The position numbers and the translations under genes were made by a program. A stretch of 36,805 nucleotides of DNA from a virus (Duplodnaviria > Caudoviricetes), in IMG/VR virus record IMGVR_UViG_3300032295_001223, positions 1 to 36,805 of that record. One strand, written 5' to 3'. Each line of letters starts with the position of its first letter. The stretch's first letter is position 1. Positions 25,601 to 33,779 of this stretch are shown here, in pieces. The notes under the pieces are model-generated. The model made no database searches, was not told the origin of the DNA, and worked only from the letters and a program-made list of their open reading frames with translations.

Positions 25601-26772
25601 CTGAAGAAGCTGCTGTTCGTGAAGCTATTGCTTACTCAGGTGCAACTGGTTTTGGTCAGTTTGGTGAAATAGCTGCTGCTGCTGGAGCTGGTAAAGCTGG
25701 CGTACTTGGTAAGGAAGCTACTGGTAGAATTCCATTTACTGGTAAAGAAGTTCCAGGATTGAAAAAAGCTTCTGAAATACTTGGTGCACCGTTTCGTGGT
25801 TCACGTAGAGTTGGTACTATAGTTGAAGATTTAAACCGTTTTCAATTAACATTTGATGGATTGATGCAGGGTTTTGATGCAGGAACAGCTGCAGCAAGAA
25901 CTGGTAAATTCTTAGTTGATTATAATGATATATCAACAGCTGACCGTGCACTAAAACAAATTGTTCCTTTCTGGATTTGGACAACAAGAAACATGCCATT
26001 ACAGATTGAAAATATGTGGCTTAACCCAAGAGCTTACACAGTTTATGATAAGTTTAAAAACAACCTTGAAGATAAAGAAGGAACAAGTCCATTCGTTCCT
26101 GATTATTTAAAAGAAGCTGGAGCATTTAAATTACCAATATTAAACCAGGCAGAAGGTATTGTTGGTGGTGGAATTACTGGAGCTATTGGCGGTGGACTTG
26201 TAGGTGGATTACCTGGAGCTGTTGTAGGTGGAATAGGTGGCGCAACAACAGGTGGATTTGGAGCAGGTCGAGATTTCTATCTACGTCCTGACCTTGGCTT
26301 CCCCGGAGCGGGCACTCCTAGCCCCCTACAGCTCTTAACAGAGGGCAAGGGCATAGAGATACTAGCTAACATTACTCCTGCTGCTAGAATTCCCTTAGAA
26401 TTAATAAGAAGAAATACTGAATCTGAAGAAAGCAAGAACATACAAGAGTATGGAAGAATGTTCTTTGGAAATAGACCGATACCAAAGGACATAAGTCCTG
26501 TTGAATATATCATTTCACAAGGCCTTCCTGGGCTTTCTACTGTTGGCAGAGTGTTAAACGCAACAATAGGAACAAAATCAAAACAAGCACAAGAACTATT
26601 GGGCTCAAAAGAAGTAAGAGAATTAAACGCTACGTTAAGCTTTATTGGACTTCCTGGATTTGAATTATTAGACAGTACACAAAAATCTGAAGTATGGAGA
26701 AGATACTTTGCTCTTAAAGATTACATTGATGGTGTAATTGAAGAAAGAAAAGAAGAAAGAAGAAGAAAATGA
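22618..26772 (+). CDS. Large internal virion/DNA ejection protein
   Basis: 1,384 aa, Ala-rich, no Cys; LDPATYATLGG, FHTRNAISN and IVPFWIWTTRN motifs typical of large podoviral ejection proteins. Confidence 0.8.
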   Translation: MAPKNLDKLANLKVPKIPKAPKKPKATTPGDDWDSIFDDALTSTTTTTTTTTPPTTVPKTTGGTSGGRKPIETAEEAAKLLKAQEKRAANLRITQQEAAKAQEGKKPGGFFGAIASVVNFDVIPGSREFKPIKSAVLPAVGAITTGGRVVLSANEELIDKVNQIRGREARYERGDYIPIHKQTGLPIAKAGDPVIRNWEDVINAPVNIPKNATPQQKAQATTDLVKSKARTSSGSVREVIKAAQDFTYSASDNPYIPQTGNKYIDGVIDFGYDVFLDPATYATLGGSAVVTPVKVGATATSKAGAKAAAREAARIAAAEAAEAAAKVAADATATAAQKAAAQAAAKAAEAAAEKAFKQAAAAAPRRIYGRNAREALAEQVRTIRQSAQQVIDDAAATTAEKTVAQQAVSVLTDDFIKDVAAKGYSAIRGQAAQTLGVRSGARIGLPGFGKATIPYTSTLTNFVGSSLAIPRNAFFQTKAGQSVLNSITAVGEGGLFGSEQILKMRTALRSGTATPEEAVDYTALLSADKFYRGAVDLARKKAAVDVGKVTSRKNTKVIRSLSEHLATPEADWASKGLRALTASEKEAYDSVKNILNKFYKEADSAAALLGADALPALADYWPRSQSTQAIEWAARNGDEADRIATGLGVDRTFFLGNFTSRALGPGKIWFGEVLDGTESIYDLNRIAKDSGRINFDFFETDPVKALAGYANTHAKYLGYATALDRLTKISPSKAKGFAQDLSGEATSLVPARKPGVTDLGSLENTIANFMTPERLTNWSEAQILAIRDSIKDLQSKLAGSSDIVKREFNDAIMEIDEKIAATTRLINAGVIDPTSGSLLRAELEAYANDLALSINNVKRDFIVTSPDRWKNVGRTLEDGFVVLNEKTVPDIAVRADIAEIFQNVKRLDDPAFAKAAEKVLLDYNNFFKTAVTTTLGFHTRNAISNSFMMLAAGADPLNLIRGLKIHIAFKKASKAGRTPEQFIQSGLKSGLIKPAEEAAVREAIAYSGATGFGQFGEIAAAAGAGKAGVLGKEATGRIPFTGKEVPGLKKASEILGAPFRGSRRVGTIVEDLNRFQLTFDGLMQGFDAGTAAARTGKFLVDYNDISTADRALKQIVPFWIWTTRNMPLQIENMWLNPRAYTVYDKFKNNLEDKEGTSPFVPDYLKEAGAFKLPILNQAEGIVGGGITGAIGGGLVGGLPGAVVGGIGGATTGGFGAGRDFYLRPDLGFPGAGTPSPLQLLTEGKGIEILANITPAARIPLELIRRNTESEESKNIQEYGRMFFGNRPIPKDISPVEYIISQGLPGLSTVGRVLNATIGTKSKQAQELLGSKEVRELNATLSFIGLPGFELLDSTQKSEVWRRYFALKDYIDGVIEERKEERRRK

Positions 26773-27017
26773 AAACTTTAAATAATATTATTATGAGAAT
26801 TGTTGCCACATTTGCGGCTTCTGGTCTTGGTGTCATTGGTGCTGGTGCAATAGCTGGAGTTTCATTATGGAAAGCTATCTTCATGGCTGGCATGGCCGGC
26901 GTAGCTACGGTAGTCGAAGGATTGTCTCGTGCCTTTTTGGACGATGGCAAACTGTCTGCATCTGAAATCAATCAGGTGTTCAATAAGGTTGATAAGAAAG
27001 CACAACCTAAAGAATAG
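26769..27017 (+). CDS. Putative holin
   Basis: 82 aa with two hydrophobic helices, then DDGKLSASEIN and a charged tail. Confidence 0.65.
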   Translation: MKTLNNIIMRIVATFAASGLGVIGAGAIAGVSLWKAIFMAGMAGVATVVEGLSRAFLDDGKLSASEINQVFNKVDKKAQPKE

Positions 27018-27068
27018 AAAGCCTTAGGGCCAGGTTCATTCTTATTTCCCCTTAACAAAGGATTACCA

Positions 27069-27518
27069 TTGCGTAGAATACTATTGTCTTTTATTGTCTT
27101 TTTTATTGTCTTGATTCCGACTCCGGTATCGGCAAAAGATGTTTCTGGTAGGTGCCCTAAATGGGAACCTATGTTAAAGGAATATGGATTGCCGGTAAAG
27201 GAGTTTTCTTTTATTATGTGGCGTGAATCAAGATGCATACCCAAAGCTATTGGATGGAATTACTATCCTGGAACATCTCATAAAGATTGTAAACTATCGC
27301 CGGCAAAAGAATATAGAAAATGTAAAGCAGTTAAATCATACGATGTAGGATTACTACAAATAAACAGCAGTTGGAAAACAATAACAGCTAAAGTATGTAA
27401 GCATCAATATGGAAAAATGTTAATATTACAAAGACCAGATTGTAACTTAAAGGTTGCTAAGTATTTATATAAAAATGGTGGATTAAAACATTGGCAAGGC
27501 ACAAGTTATAAACGTTAA
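27069..27518 (+). CDS. Secreted lytic transglycosylase (SLT/lysozyme-like fold)
   Basis: TTG start with AAAGGA RBS; signal peptide; catalytic MWRESRC, DVGLLQIN, and GGLKHW. Confidence 0.85.
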   Translation: MRRILLSFIVFFIVLIPTPVSAKDVSGRCPKWEPMLKEYGLPVKEFSFIMWRESRCIPKAIGWNYYPGTSHKDCKLSPAKEYRKCKAVKSYDVGLLQINSSWKTITAKVCKHQYGKMLILQRPDCNLKVAKYLYKNGGLKHWQGTSYKR

Positions 27519-27808
27519 CCTTCATAATCCTCTAAGAAATCTAAATCTTCTTCTTGTAAATGTTCATCTAAGTAATCAGCCATAAAAGCTAAGAATGATT
27601 CTATGTAAGCAAGTGATTCAAGATTAACATCTTTTCCTCGGCGTGACCTAAAGTAATGATAACAAAATTCCATACATTGTTCATTGTTTATAGCAATGCT
27701 TATTACAACTCCATTTTCAGAGTTGTATAATATTTTTTCGTATTTATCAGTTAATTCTTCAACGTCATTGCTAAGAAAAATTTTGTCTACCCAATCATCG
27801 TTCGTCAT
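27515..27808 (-). CDS. Acidic hypothetical protein
   Basis: 97 aa; GGAG RBS; its stop overlaps the SLT stop (TTAA) at the convergence point. Confidence 0.7.
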   Translation of the reverse strand: MTNDDWVDKIFLSNDVEELTDKYEKILYNSENGVVISIAINNEQCMEFCYHYFRSRRGKDVNLESLAYIESFLAFMADYLDEHLQEEDLDFLEDYEG

Positions 27809-28172
27809 CTAATTCTCCGAGATATTCTTTTATGACTTTATGTTCGAGAAGTAAATTCATTAGATTCTTAAAAGCTGCTTGCTTTAATCTCCATGCATGA
27901 ACGTTAGACATTCCAAGCCTTTTACCTAATTGTTCATATGTAAGTTGTTCATAGTTAATAGCTTCAACTATAAATCTATCTTGTTCTGATAACATATCAA
28001 TACAATAAACAACTACACTGCGTAAAGAATCAATCTCTTCAAAAGAAGTTTCTATAGGTTGTCCTGGTGCAGCTTCCATTAGTGCTTGCATTTCACTGTC
28101 TGGTCTATCAGATGATATTAAAGGCAATAGACTAGAGATGTCATACGGAACTTCTTTTCCGCTAAATGACAT
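27795..28172 (-). CDS. Sigma factor region-4-like HTH protein
   Basis: CIDMLSEQDRFIVEAINYEQLTYEQLGKRLGMSNVHAWRLKQAAFKNL matches sigma70 r4; the likely start is ATG 28172 (MSFSGK). Confidence 0.8.
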   Translation of the reverse strand: MSFSGKEVPYDISSLLPLISSDRPDSEMQALMEAAPGQPIETSFEEIDSLRSVVVYCIDMLSEQDRFIVEAINYEQLTYEQLGKRLGMSNVHAWRLKQAAFKNLMNLLLEHKVIKEYLGELDDER

Positions 28173-28323
28173 TGTCTCTATTTGCCAGTGTTTGAATAAT
28201 CCTTGTGATTCCATAAGCTGTCCACATCACGGCTATTGCAAGACCAATGGTCGGCGCAACAAAACCTAATATAATAATTGTTGTTGTTAATAATGCTAAT
28301 ATAAAGATAAAATCGTAATTCAT
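28162..28323 (-). CDS. 53-aa membrane protein, missing from the ORF track (possible second holin)
   Basis: MNYDFIFILALLTTTIIILGFVAPTIGLAIAVMWTAYGITRIIQTLANRDNVI; its ATG overlaps the endolysin TAA (TAATG). Confidence 0.7.
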   Translation of the reverse strand: MNYDFIFILALLTTTIIILGFVAPTIGLAIAVMWTAYGITRIIQTLANRDNVI

Positions 28324-28853
28324 TATTTTCCTGGCTTAGGAAGTGATTTCCAAGCAGCTTCCATCTTTGCTGCATCTTTTGCAAACTCTGGCTCAAGCTC
28401 GATATGAATCCACTTGCCACCAAAGGAACCAGCGTTATCTTTAGCGTCATAAATCTTTACGCCTTTTTCGCCTTCGCCTCTTGAGCAACGGAAGCCTCTG
28501 CCATAGCCAGGCTTTTTATCTGTTGCGTCTGCGTCAAAAGCATAATCGTGAATCTCAACAATGCCAAGAACTACAGCATTAGCCAAGAACCAATCCCACA
28601 TAGCTACGCCAATCTTTCTATCGGTGTAACCAATGTCAGCTGCTGCTCCAGTTGCGTGAACGCTTAAGAACTTTTCCATGCCTGGGTCAGATGGCTTTTT
28701 ACCAGCAGTCTTGGAATTTCTCATCAAACGATTGGAATAGATTCCAAGATTCTTAGTTTTCCATCTGCGACCACAAGCTGCTACGAACCATTCAGTTCCT
28801 GCGCCTGCTTTTCCACCATCTTTTGCTGGGTAATATGGGTATTTTCTTGTCAT
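28323..28853 (-). CDS. Endolysin, peptidase M15-like zinc peptidase
   Basis: R...SVHATGAAAD (S-x-H-x2-G-x-A-x-D) and WIHIE zinc-ligand motifs. Confidence 0.8.
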   Translation of the reverse strand: MTRKYPYYPAKDGGKAGAGTEWFVAACGRRWKTKNLGIYSNRLMRNSKTAGKKPSDPGMEKFLSVHATGAAADIGYTDRKIGVAMWDWFLANAVVLGIVEIHDYAFDADATDKKPGYGRGFRCSRGEGEKGVKIYDAKDNAGSFGGKWIHIELEPEFAKDAAKMEAAWKSLPKPGK

Positions 28854-29301
28854 TTTATTTTTTCCTTATCATATAAGTCTGAACTTATTAATTTGCTTAC
28901 ATCTTCTGGCATTAATAAATATCCTTTAGTAGGATTTTCACTATACGCAGCAAATGTTTTCTTTTCTAATTTGTTTATTTCTAAATATTTCTTTAATCTG
29001 TCAACTTCAACAGCTACAAAAGCATCGTCAGAGAAAAGGTATATCCACCACTTAGCTTTGGTTACCATCAAACCTGATGGCTTCCAACCCTTTTTGCGTG
29101 GATTCTGTTCTGTCTCTACTACCATACGACCGTTGCGATACTGGTCTTTTTTAACTTCAAACAAAGTATCATTTAAAGATTCAAGAAATGATTTAACTAT
29201 TGACTCTCCGTTGGTGACCAATCTCTAAGTCACGCTTCCAGTTAATTCTTCTGCCTGCTTTAGTATCTAAGTCATGGCCGTGGTTGATATTGTTCTGTCA
29301 T
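28850..29301 (-). pseudogene. PD-(D/E)xK-like nuclease-fold protein interrupted by two single-base insertions
   Basis: An RBS-led ATG at 29301 joins the FEVKKD...VVET...SGL.VTKAKWW frame only if single bases at ~29280 and ~29210 are removed. This could equally be sequencing error. Confidence 0.6.
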
Positions 29302-29303
29302 AA

Positions 29304-29645
29304 TTACCTCTTATGCGCTTCTATTTTGTGCACTTGTTTATCATCTAAGTACGCAACTTTATTTAAACCATCTAATATTGATTTAACATAATTATCTAGG
29401 TCGCCACGTAATTTAGACTCATTTTCTATAAGTTCAATAGTAACATCAGCATAATGAGAATAAACATTTATAGTCATTTGTACCGGCCCTTCAAATTTTG
29501 GTCCACCGCTTAATTTATAAGCTTCTTTAACTGCTGTTTCATACTCTCTTGTGGAGGCATCTGTGTAAACATGTCCTGTTCTAGTGGCACGTGGACGACC
29601 CTTGGCTTTTGGTTTGCGTTGAATTGTAAATTCATGTTTGTTCAT
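29304..29645 (-). CDS. rusA: RusA-family Holliday junction resolvase
   Basis: PKAKGRPR...GDLDNYVKSILDGLNKVAYLDDKQV. Confidence 0.92.
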   Translation of the reverse strand: MNKHEFTIQRKPKAKGRPRATRTGHVYTDASTREYETAVKEAYKLSGGPKFEGPVQMTINVYSHYADVTIELIENESKLRGDLDNYVKSILDGLNKVAYLDDKQVHKIEAHKR

Positions 29646-29820
29646 TTTTTAAATTACTAACTACTTGATAGAAATATGTTACAAATATAGCCACCCCATT
29701 GGCCCACAAGGCTACAAGCCTAGTTTGACCAGATAAAGTGGCTGCAACAATAATAAAACTTGCAAATGTAAAACTTAAACTTGCAGTTGTATCGACGATG
29801 GTTTTAAATATATTTTTCAA
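29632..29820 (-). CDS. Small two-TM membrane protein
   Basis: TTG start after AGGTG; two hydrophobic segments. Confidence 0.65.
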   Translation of the reverse strand: MKNIFKTIVDTTASLSFTFASFIIVAATLSGQTRLVALWANGVAIFVTYFYQVVSNLKNEQT

Positions 29821-29827
29821 TTAACAC

Positions 29828-30175
29828 CTAAAAGATAGTAGGCCCCTTGTCTTTAGGGGGATGTGCTTTTGGCCTATTTTTTTTAATTGGCCTTGAAGAT
29901 TGAACCATTGACGTTGTTACAGCTCCTCCAGATGTAGCAGTGTATTCACTCAACTTCATTTTTAATTCCTCTTGTGTTTTTAATACAGGAATATTTCTTG
30001 GAGAGTTAACAGATTGTAATGTTTTCATAACTGGCTCTGTTTCATATTCATTTAATAACTCAAAAACTCTATCAAATAAATTTAAAAAGGTTTCAGTTAT
30101 TTCGCCAGTTTCTTTACAATTTGTTAAGCCAACCAATTGTGCTGCAACTTGTGCTGCTGCTTGTGCATTGGTCAC
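29828..30175 (-). CDS. Hypothetical protein
   Basis: 115 aa; GTGA overlap with the upstream stop. Confidence 0.65.
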   Translation of the reverse strand: MTNAQAAAQVAAQLVGLTNCKETGEITETFLNLFDRVFELLNEYETEPVMKTLQSVNSPRNIPVLKTQEELKMKLSEYTATSGGAVTTSMVQSSRPIKKNRPKAHPPKDKGPTIF

Positions 30176-30423
30176 GATAGCTTCTTTCTAGCTACTTTAA
30201 CTTCTGCTGGTATTGTCTTTCCTAAACGTGCCAAAGCCTTCTCAGCGCTAAGGTCAAATCTAGTCTGAAGAAATTCCATTTTACTCTCAAATTCCATATT
30301 AATTTTTTCAATTGATTCGTCTCTTTCTTTTAATAATTTAAAATAGAGATTATCCTTCAACGCAACCAATTCATCTAATGTTTGGTCAACTTCCTCTAAA
30401 CGCTTATAGTATATTTCTGACAT
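30172..30423 (-). CDS. Hypothetical coiled-coil protein
   Basis: 83 aa; GAGAGGA RBS. Confidence 0.7.
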   Translation of the reverse strand: MSEIYYKRLEEVDQTLDELVALKDNLYFKLLKERDESIEKINMEFESKMEFLQTRFDLSAEKALARLGKTIPAEVKVARKKLS

Positions 30424-30428
30424 AATAG

Positions 30429-30454
30429 TCCTCTCTTTATAGTAGATTTGTTAC
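30429..30454 (-). promoter_or_regulatory. Variant GTAA-N15-GAGAGGA motif
   Basis: The minus strand reads GTAACAAATCTACTATAAAGAGAGGA, with the same spacing as the + strand motifs. Confidence 0.45.
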
Positions 30455-30948
30455 TTGATAGCCCAGCAACGGCTATCTGTACTTAAAACACTAACTTTAC
30501 ACTTGGAAAAGTTTTTTAAAGCTTTTCTTAATTCTTTTCTATTTATGTTCTCGTAGTGTTCCCATGGTCGGATGGGGTTTTCGTCGATGGCAGAATGCGG
30601 TGCTCGCCCTTCGCCTGCCATGGTGGCGATGAAAATTCCACCCTCAACCAGGTTTCCATGAGCACGAATGATAATCTCTCGCCATTCAGGTGCATGCTCA
30701 AATACCTCGGCACAAACGACAACATCAAACACTGGGCCAGTGTCCATGCCCGCAGCATCAACAACTAAATCAACACCAGGACCATCTTGAATATCAACTC
30801 CAAGATAAGTACGTGCATGATTCATAAAGATTGGACGAACTGAACCATTGATATCCAATGACCCAATCTCCAACACGTTTAAATCTTTTTTATCGCCAAC
30901 CCAGTTGTTAAATGATTGACTAATATATTCTAGTGCTTCAATATGCAT
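30451..30948 (-). CDS. Class I SAM-dependent methyltransferase
   Basis: VLEIGSLDINGS, YLGVDIQDGPGVD, FDVVVCAEVFEH; likely start ATG 30948 (TAATG overlap). Confidence 0.9.
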   Translation of the reverse strand: MHIEALEYISQSFNNWVGDKKDLNVLEIGSLDINGSVRPIFMNHARTYLGVDIQDGPGVDLVVDAAGMDTGPVFDVVVCAEVFEHAPEWREIIIRAHGNLVEGGIFIATMAGEGRAPHSAIDENPIRPWEHYENINRKELRKALKNFSKCKVSVLSTDSRCWAIK

Positions 30949-32678
30949 TATTGATTGCTCCATTTCTTGTCGAAGTATTCTTTGTCTTGTTTTACAATTG
31001 CAGCAAAGTTCTTTGGTCCATTGCTATTAATTGTTTTTGAATGTTCATGTTTACATCTTGTTAAATTAGATATCACAGCAGCTTTGTGCTTTGTTTTTGT
31101 CACCCAATTAACAATATCATCGTCGCCATACCACCATGTCATTTTGGTATCAAAGCGCCAATCCTTAACTAGTTCTTTTGATAGCATCATACAGAAGCCA
31201 GCCATTCCACCAGTTCCATCGTATTGTCCACGACATGTCAGCTCAGTTGAGACCATGTGTGGATAATCAACATCTGAATAGTTCGGGCAAATCAAACCAA
31301 TATTATTATTACTATCTAACGTTGATAATAAACTTGTCATACAATTCATATCAAGACGAACATCATCATTAATAAAACAGATAGCATTATCATCACCGCA
31401 GATTTCCATTCCAAGATTCCACATCTTGTGAATGCCTGCACCTTCAGGAACCATCGCACGAATGATATTACCTTGAATGTCGAGTTTTGTAATCATGTTA
31501 AATGCTTGCTCGCCATCAGCGATAACAACAATCTTATTTACTTTATCATCAAGCATCAGGTCAGCTATCAGACCAAGCAATCCCACAATGTGAGATTTGA
31601 ATGGAATGACAACATTTACTTTGCTATCTTGTGTGCGGTAGAAGAACATATTTTTATGTAATCTTTCTTCAGTTGGGTTTAGTTCAATTGCTCTCATGCC
31701 ATGATAAATAGCTATATCGTTTCTATTTATTCTATGTGCTGCGATTGCAAGCAGGTCGTGTGGATACCAACCCCAAGCAGTCTCTTCATTTAAATATAGT
31801 AATTCTTTTTCTGTGATACTTAATGCTTTGGACGCCGCATAAAAACAACTAGACCAATTACTAACATTATAATAATGCTGAGCTAAATCAACCCAAGGCT
31901 CACGACCAAGAGGATACTCAGCACAAGCACGAAGCAACCACTTCTCACGTTCATTTTCATGTATCTTAGCCAAGAAGCGCATCGAGAATGCACGTTCTGG
32001 TTCCCATACTGCTGTTGGCAATTTAAGATGCTTTCTAAAGTATTCACTAGCCTTCTCAAACTCTCCATTAAAGAATAGTTCTCTTGCACAGTAATACATG
32101 TTGCGGTCATCTTCTGGGTCCTCATCAACTGACATCAATAACAAAGGCAAGTATTGACCACGTGACTTTGTATTATCAGGATGATGATGAATCTCGAGAC
32201 CTTCAACGAAAGCTTCCACCTGTGGTTCAGATGGCATCATTACCTCATGAACTGGATGCTTCCAACGAAAGCCATGACGCTTGGCAATCTTGTCACCAGC
32301 ATAAACCAATCCTTCGGTTCCATCTTCTTTCCATGACCATGTGTACTTGTATCTAGGGCGAGTAACATTTGGTGGAACTCCATCCATCTTTTCTCGCCAG
32401 CCCGCAACAAGAACTTCATCTACGTCAAGATTAATAACATAATCGACATCATCAGGGACAAGGTCAAGCAAGTGATTGCGCGCGTGGTCAAATCTCCAAG
32501 GGTTAAAAACTTTCTCATGAACTATAACTCCACTCTCTTTAGCAACTTTAATTGAATCATCAGTAGAACCAGTGTCTAGCAATATAAGATAGTCTGCTTC
32601 ACGAGCAGAGTCAGCCCATCTTTTCACAAATTGAGATTCATTCTTCATGATGCTGACAACAGCTATTTTGTATGTCAT
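30948..32678 (-). CDS. Glycosyltransferase: GT2 domain, TPR repeats, second GT2 domain
   Basis: IMKNE...LDTGSTD...FDHARN...NLDVDE...HPVHE; TPR-like middle region; VVIPFK...WNLG...FINDD...WWYGDDD. Start ATG 32678 with GGGGAG RBS. Confidence 0.9.
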   Translation of the reverse strand: MTYKIAVVSIMKNESQFVKRWADSAREADYLILLDTGSTDDSIKVAKESGVIVHEKVFNPWRFDHARNHLLDLVPDDVDYVINLDVDEVLVAGWREKMDGVPPNVTRPRYKYTWSWKEDGTEGLVYAGDKIAKRHGFRWKHPVHEVMMPSEPQVEAFVEGLEIHHHPDNTKSRGQYLPLLLMSVDEDPEDDRNMYYCARELFFNGEFEKASEYFRKHLKLPTAVWEPERAFSMRFLAKIHENEREKWLLRACAEYPLGREPWVDLAQHYYNVSNWSSCFYAASKALSITEKELLYLNEETAWGWYPHDLLAIAAHRINRNDIAIYHGMRAIELNPTEERLHKNMFFYRTQDSKVNVVIPFKSHIVGLLGLIADLMLDDKVNKIVVIADGEQAFNMITKLDIQGNIIRAMVPEGAGIHKMWNLGMEICGDDNAICFINDDVRLDMNCMTSLLSTLDSNNNIGLICPNYSDVDYPHMVSTELTCRGQYDGTGGMAGFCMMLSKELVKDWRFDTKMTWWYGDDDIVNWVTKTKHKAAVISNLTRCKHEHSKTINSNGPKNFAAIVKQDKEYFDKKWSNQ

Positions 32679-32845
32679 GCGTAATCTCCCCATGTGTGAA
32701 TGTGATTGTCGTTAATTGCAGCAAATCTACGCTGAGACTCTTGAACCGATTCAACCTTGTTTTTAGGATGATGTTTGCAGTCTGGATGGTGTACTACCAT
32801 CTTCTTAACTTGAACTTTTACTGTTTTATTTTTCTTGTTAGGCAT
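32675..32845 (-). CDS. 56-aa basic, His-rich hypothetical protein (MPNKKNK...)
   Basis: ATG 2 nt after the upstream stop; its TGA overlaps the GT start (ATGA). Confidence 0.6.
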   Translation of the reverse strand: MPNKKNKTVKVQVKKMVVHHPDCKHHPKNKVESVQESQRRFAAINDNHIHTWGDYA

Positions 32846-32847
32846 GC

Positions 32848-32949
32848 CTACCACTTTACCGATAAAAGATTGGCAATTAAAATACCAATCATTCCTGCAG
32901 TCCAAACATATGGAAAGTATTTATCACTTGTTTGTTTTAGTTTTTGCAT
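32848..32949 (-). CDS. 33-aa single-TM peptide (MQKLKQTSDKYFPYVWTAGMIGILIANLLSVKW)
   Basis: Fills the operon gap; hydrophobic C-terminal half; start uncertain. Confidence 0.45.
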   Translation of the reverse strand: MQKLKQTSDKYFPYVWTAGMIGILIANLLSVKW

Positions 32950-33091
32950 ATAATCTCGCTTCCACTTGGGCACGTGTCAATGGTTCTTGTTCTTCAACGG
33001 TTCCGTCAGCACGTCTTACAATAAGTTTACCAGCCTGTTTATGATAATCAGGTCTGTGTTCTTTATATTGGGGTTTGCCATTTTTACTCAT
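32924..33091 (-). CDS. 55-aa first gene of the leftward operon, missing from the ORF track (MSKNGKPQYKEHRPDY...)
   Basis: AAGGAG RBS 6 nt before the ATG; directly downstream of an extended -10 promoter. Confidence 0.75.
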   Translation of the reverse strand: MSKNGKPQYKEHRPDYHKQAGKLIVRRADGTVEEQEPLTRAQVEARLYAKTKTNK

Positions 33092-33127
33092 GTTTAGCTC
33101 CTTTCGGCATGTTTATATAGTAACTAC

Positions 33128-33136
33128 ATTATAGCA
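33128..33136 (-). promoter_or_regulatory. Extended -10 promoter (TGCTATAAT) for the leftward operon
   Basis: Perfect TGnTATAAT about 37 nt upstream of ATG 33091. Confidence 0.75.
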
Positions 33137-33189
33137 GAAAGCCCTGTTTTAGAACTTTTACAAAAAGTACAAATATTTCTGTCAAAAAG

Positions 33190-33226
33190 TTGTGCATTTG
33201 ACATTTCATTTGGTACTATGTAGTTA
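33190..33226 (+). promoter_or_regulatory. Divergent housekeeping-type promoter for the 33351 gene
   Basis: TTGTGC-N18-TACTAT with a TG extension; TTGACA also present at 33198. Confidence 0.55.
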
Positions 33227-33350
33227 CTTGAAGTTGATACAGAAGCAGCTACAAGTAACATAACAAACAAACTTAATAATAATGTTGTTAAAGTTGTTAA
33301 GTTATTAACAGAAACAATAACAATCCCCGAGTTAAGGAGAAAACCCTCAA

Positions 33351-33779
33351 ATGACAACCTTCAAAGGCACAATTGCCAAACAACCAATAATTAAAGATAA
33401 AGTCATCTTTTCAGCTATCAAGATGCAGGGTGAAACTAACCCAGTTCAACTAGTATTATTTAAATCTACTGTTGATAGTAAGTTCGTTGAGTTATTATCT
33501 AATTTAAAGTTAAACGATGAAATTACAGTCGCCGGCAAAGAACAAAGAAACAAATTAAATAACCAGAGAGAAATATCAATAGCAGAGATATATGCAGGAG
33601 ATGTAAAACCACAAGAGGACAAATATGCTGTTAATGCAGAAACTGACTTTAATATTGGTTCTGAGACAGAATATGGCACAATTACACTAGTGGAGCGTAA
33701 AAACGCAGAATCTTACTATACTGATGGTGAAATGTACTGGTACAAGAACTCAACTTTAAAATGTCCAACTTCATTTTAA
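33351..33779 (+). CDS. Putative OB-fold (ssDNA-binding-like) protein
   Basis: TAAGGAG RBS; TFKGTIAKQP...VQLVLFK...LSNLKLNDEITVAGK...EISIAEI follows the OB-fold strand pattern. Confidence 0.55.
   Translation: MTTFKGTIAKQPIIKDKVIFSAIKMQGETNPVQLVLFKSTVDSKFVELLSNLKLNDEITVAGKEQRNKLNNQREISIAEIYAGDVKPQEDKYAVNAETDFNIGSETEYGTITLVERKNAESYYTDGEMYWYKNSTLKCPTSF

Noticed and set aside
8658-26772. Stop-codon reassignment or introns/inteins in core genes
   Set aside because: Code 11 gives full-length, tightly packed TerL, portal, capsid and tail genes with no unexplained insertions.
33124-33357. 77-aa minus-strand hydrophobic ORF
   Set aside because: It overlaps the divergent promoters and AT-rich repeats, and has no RBS.
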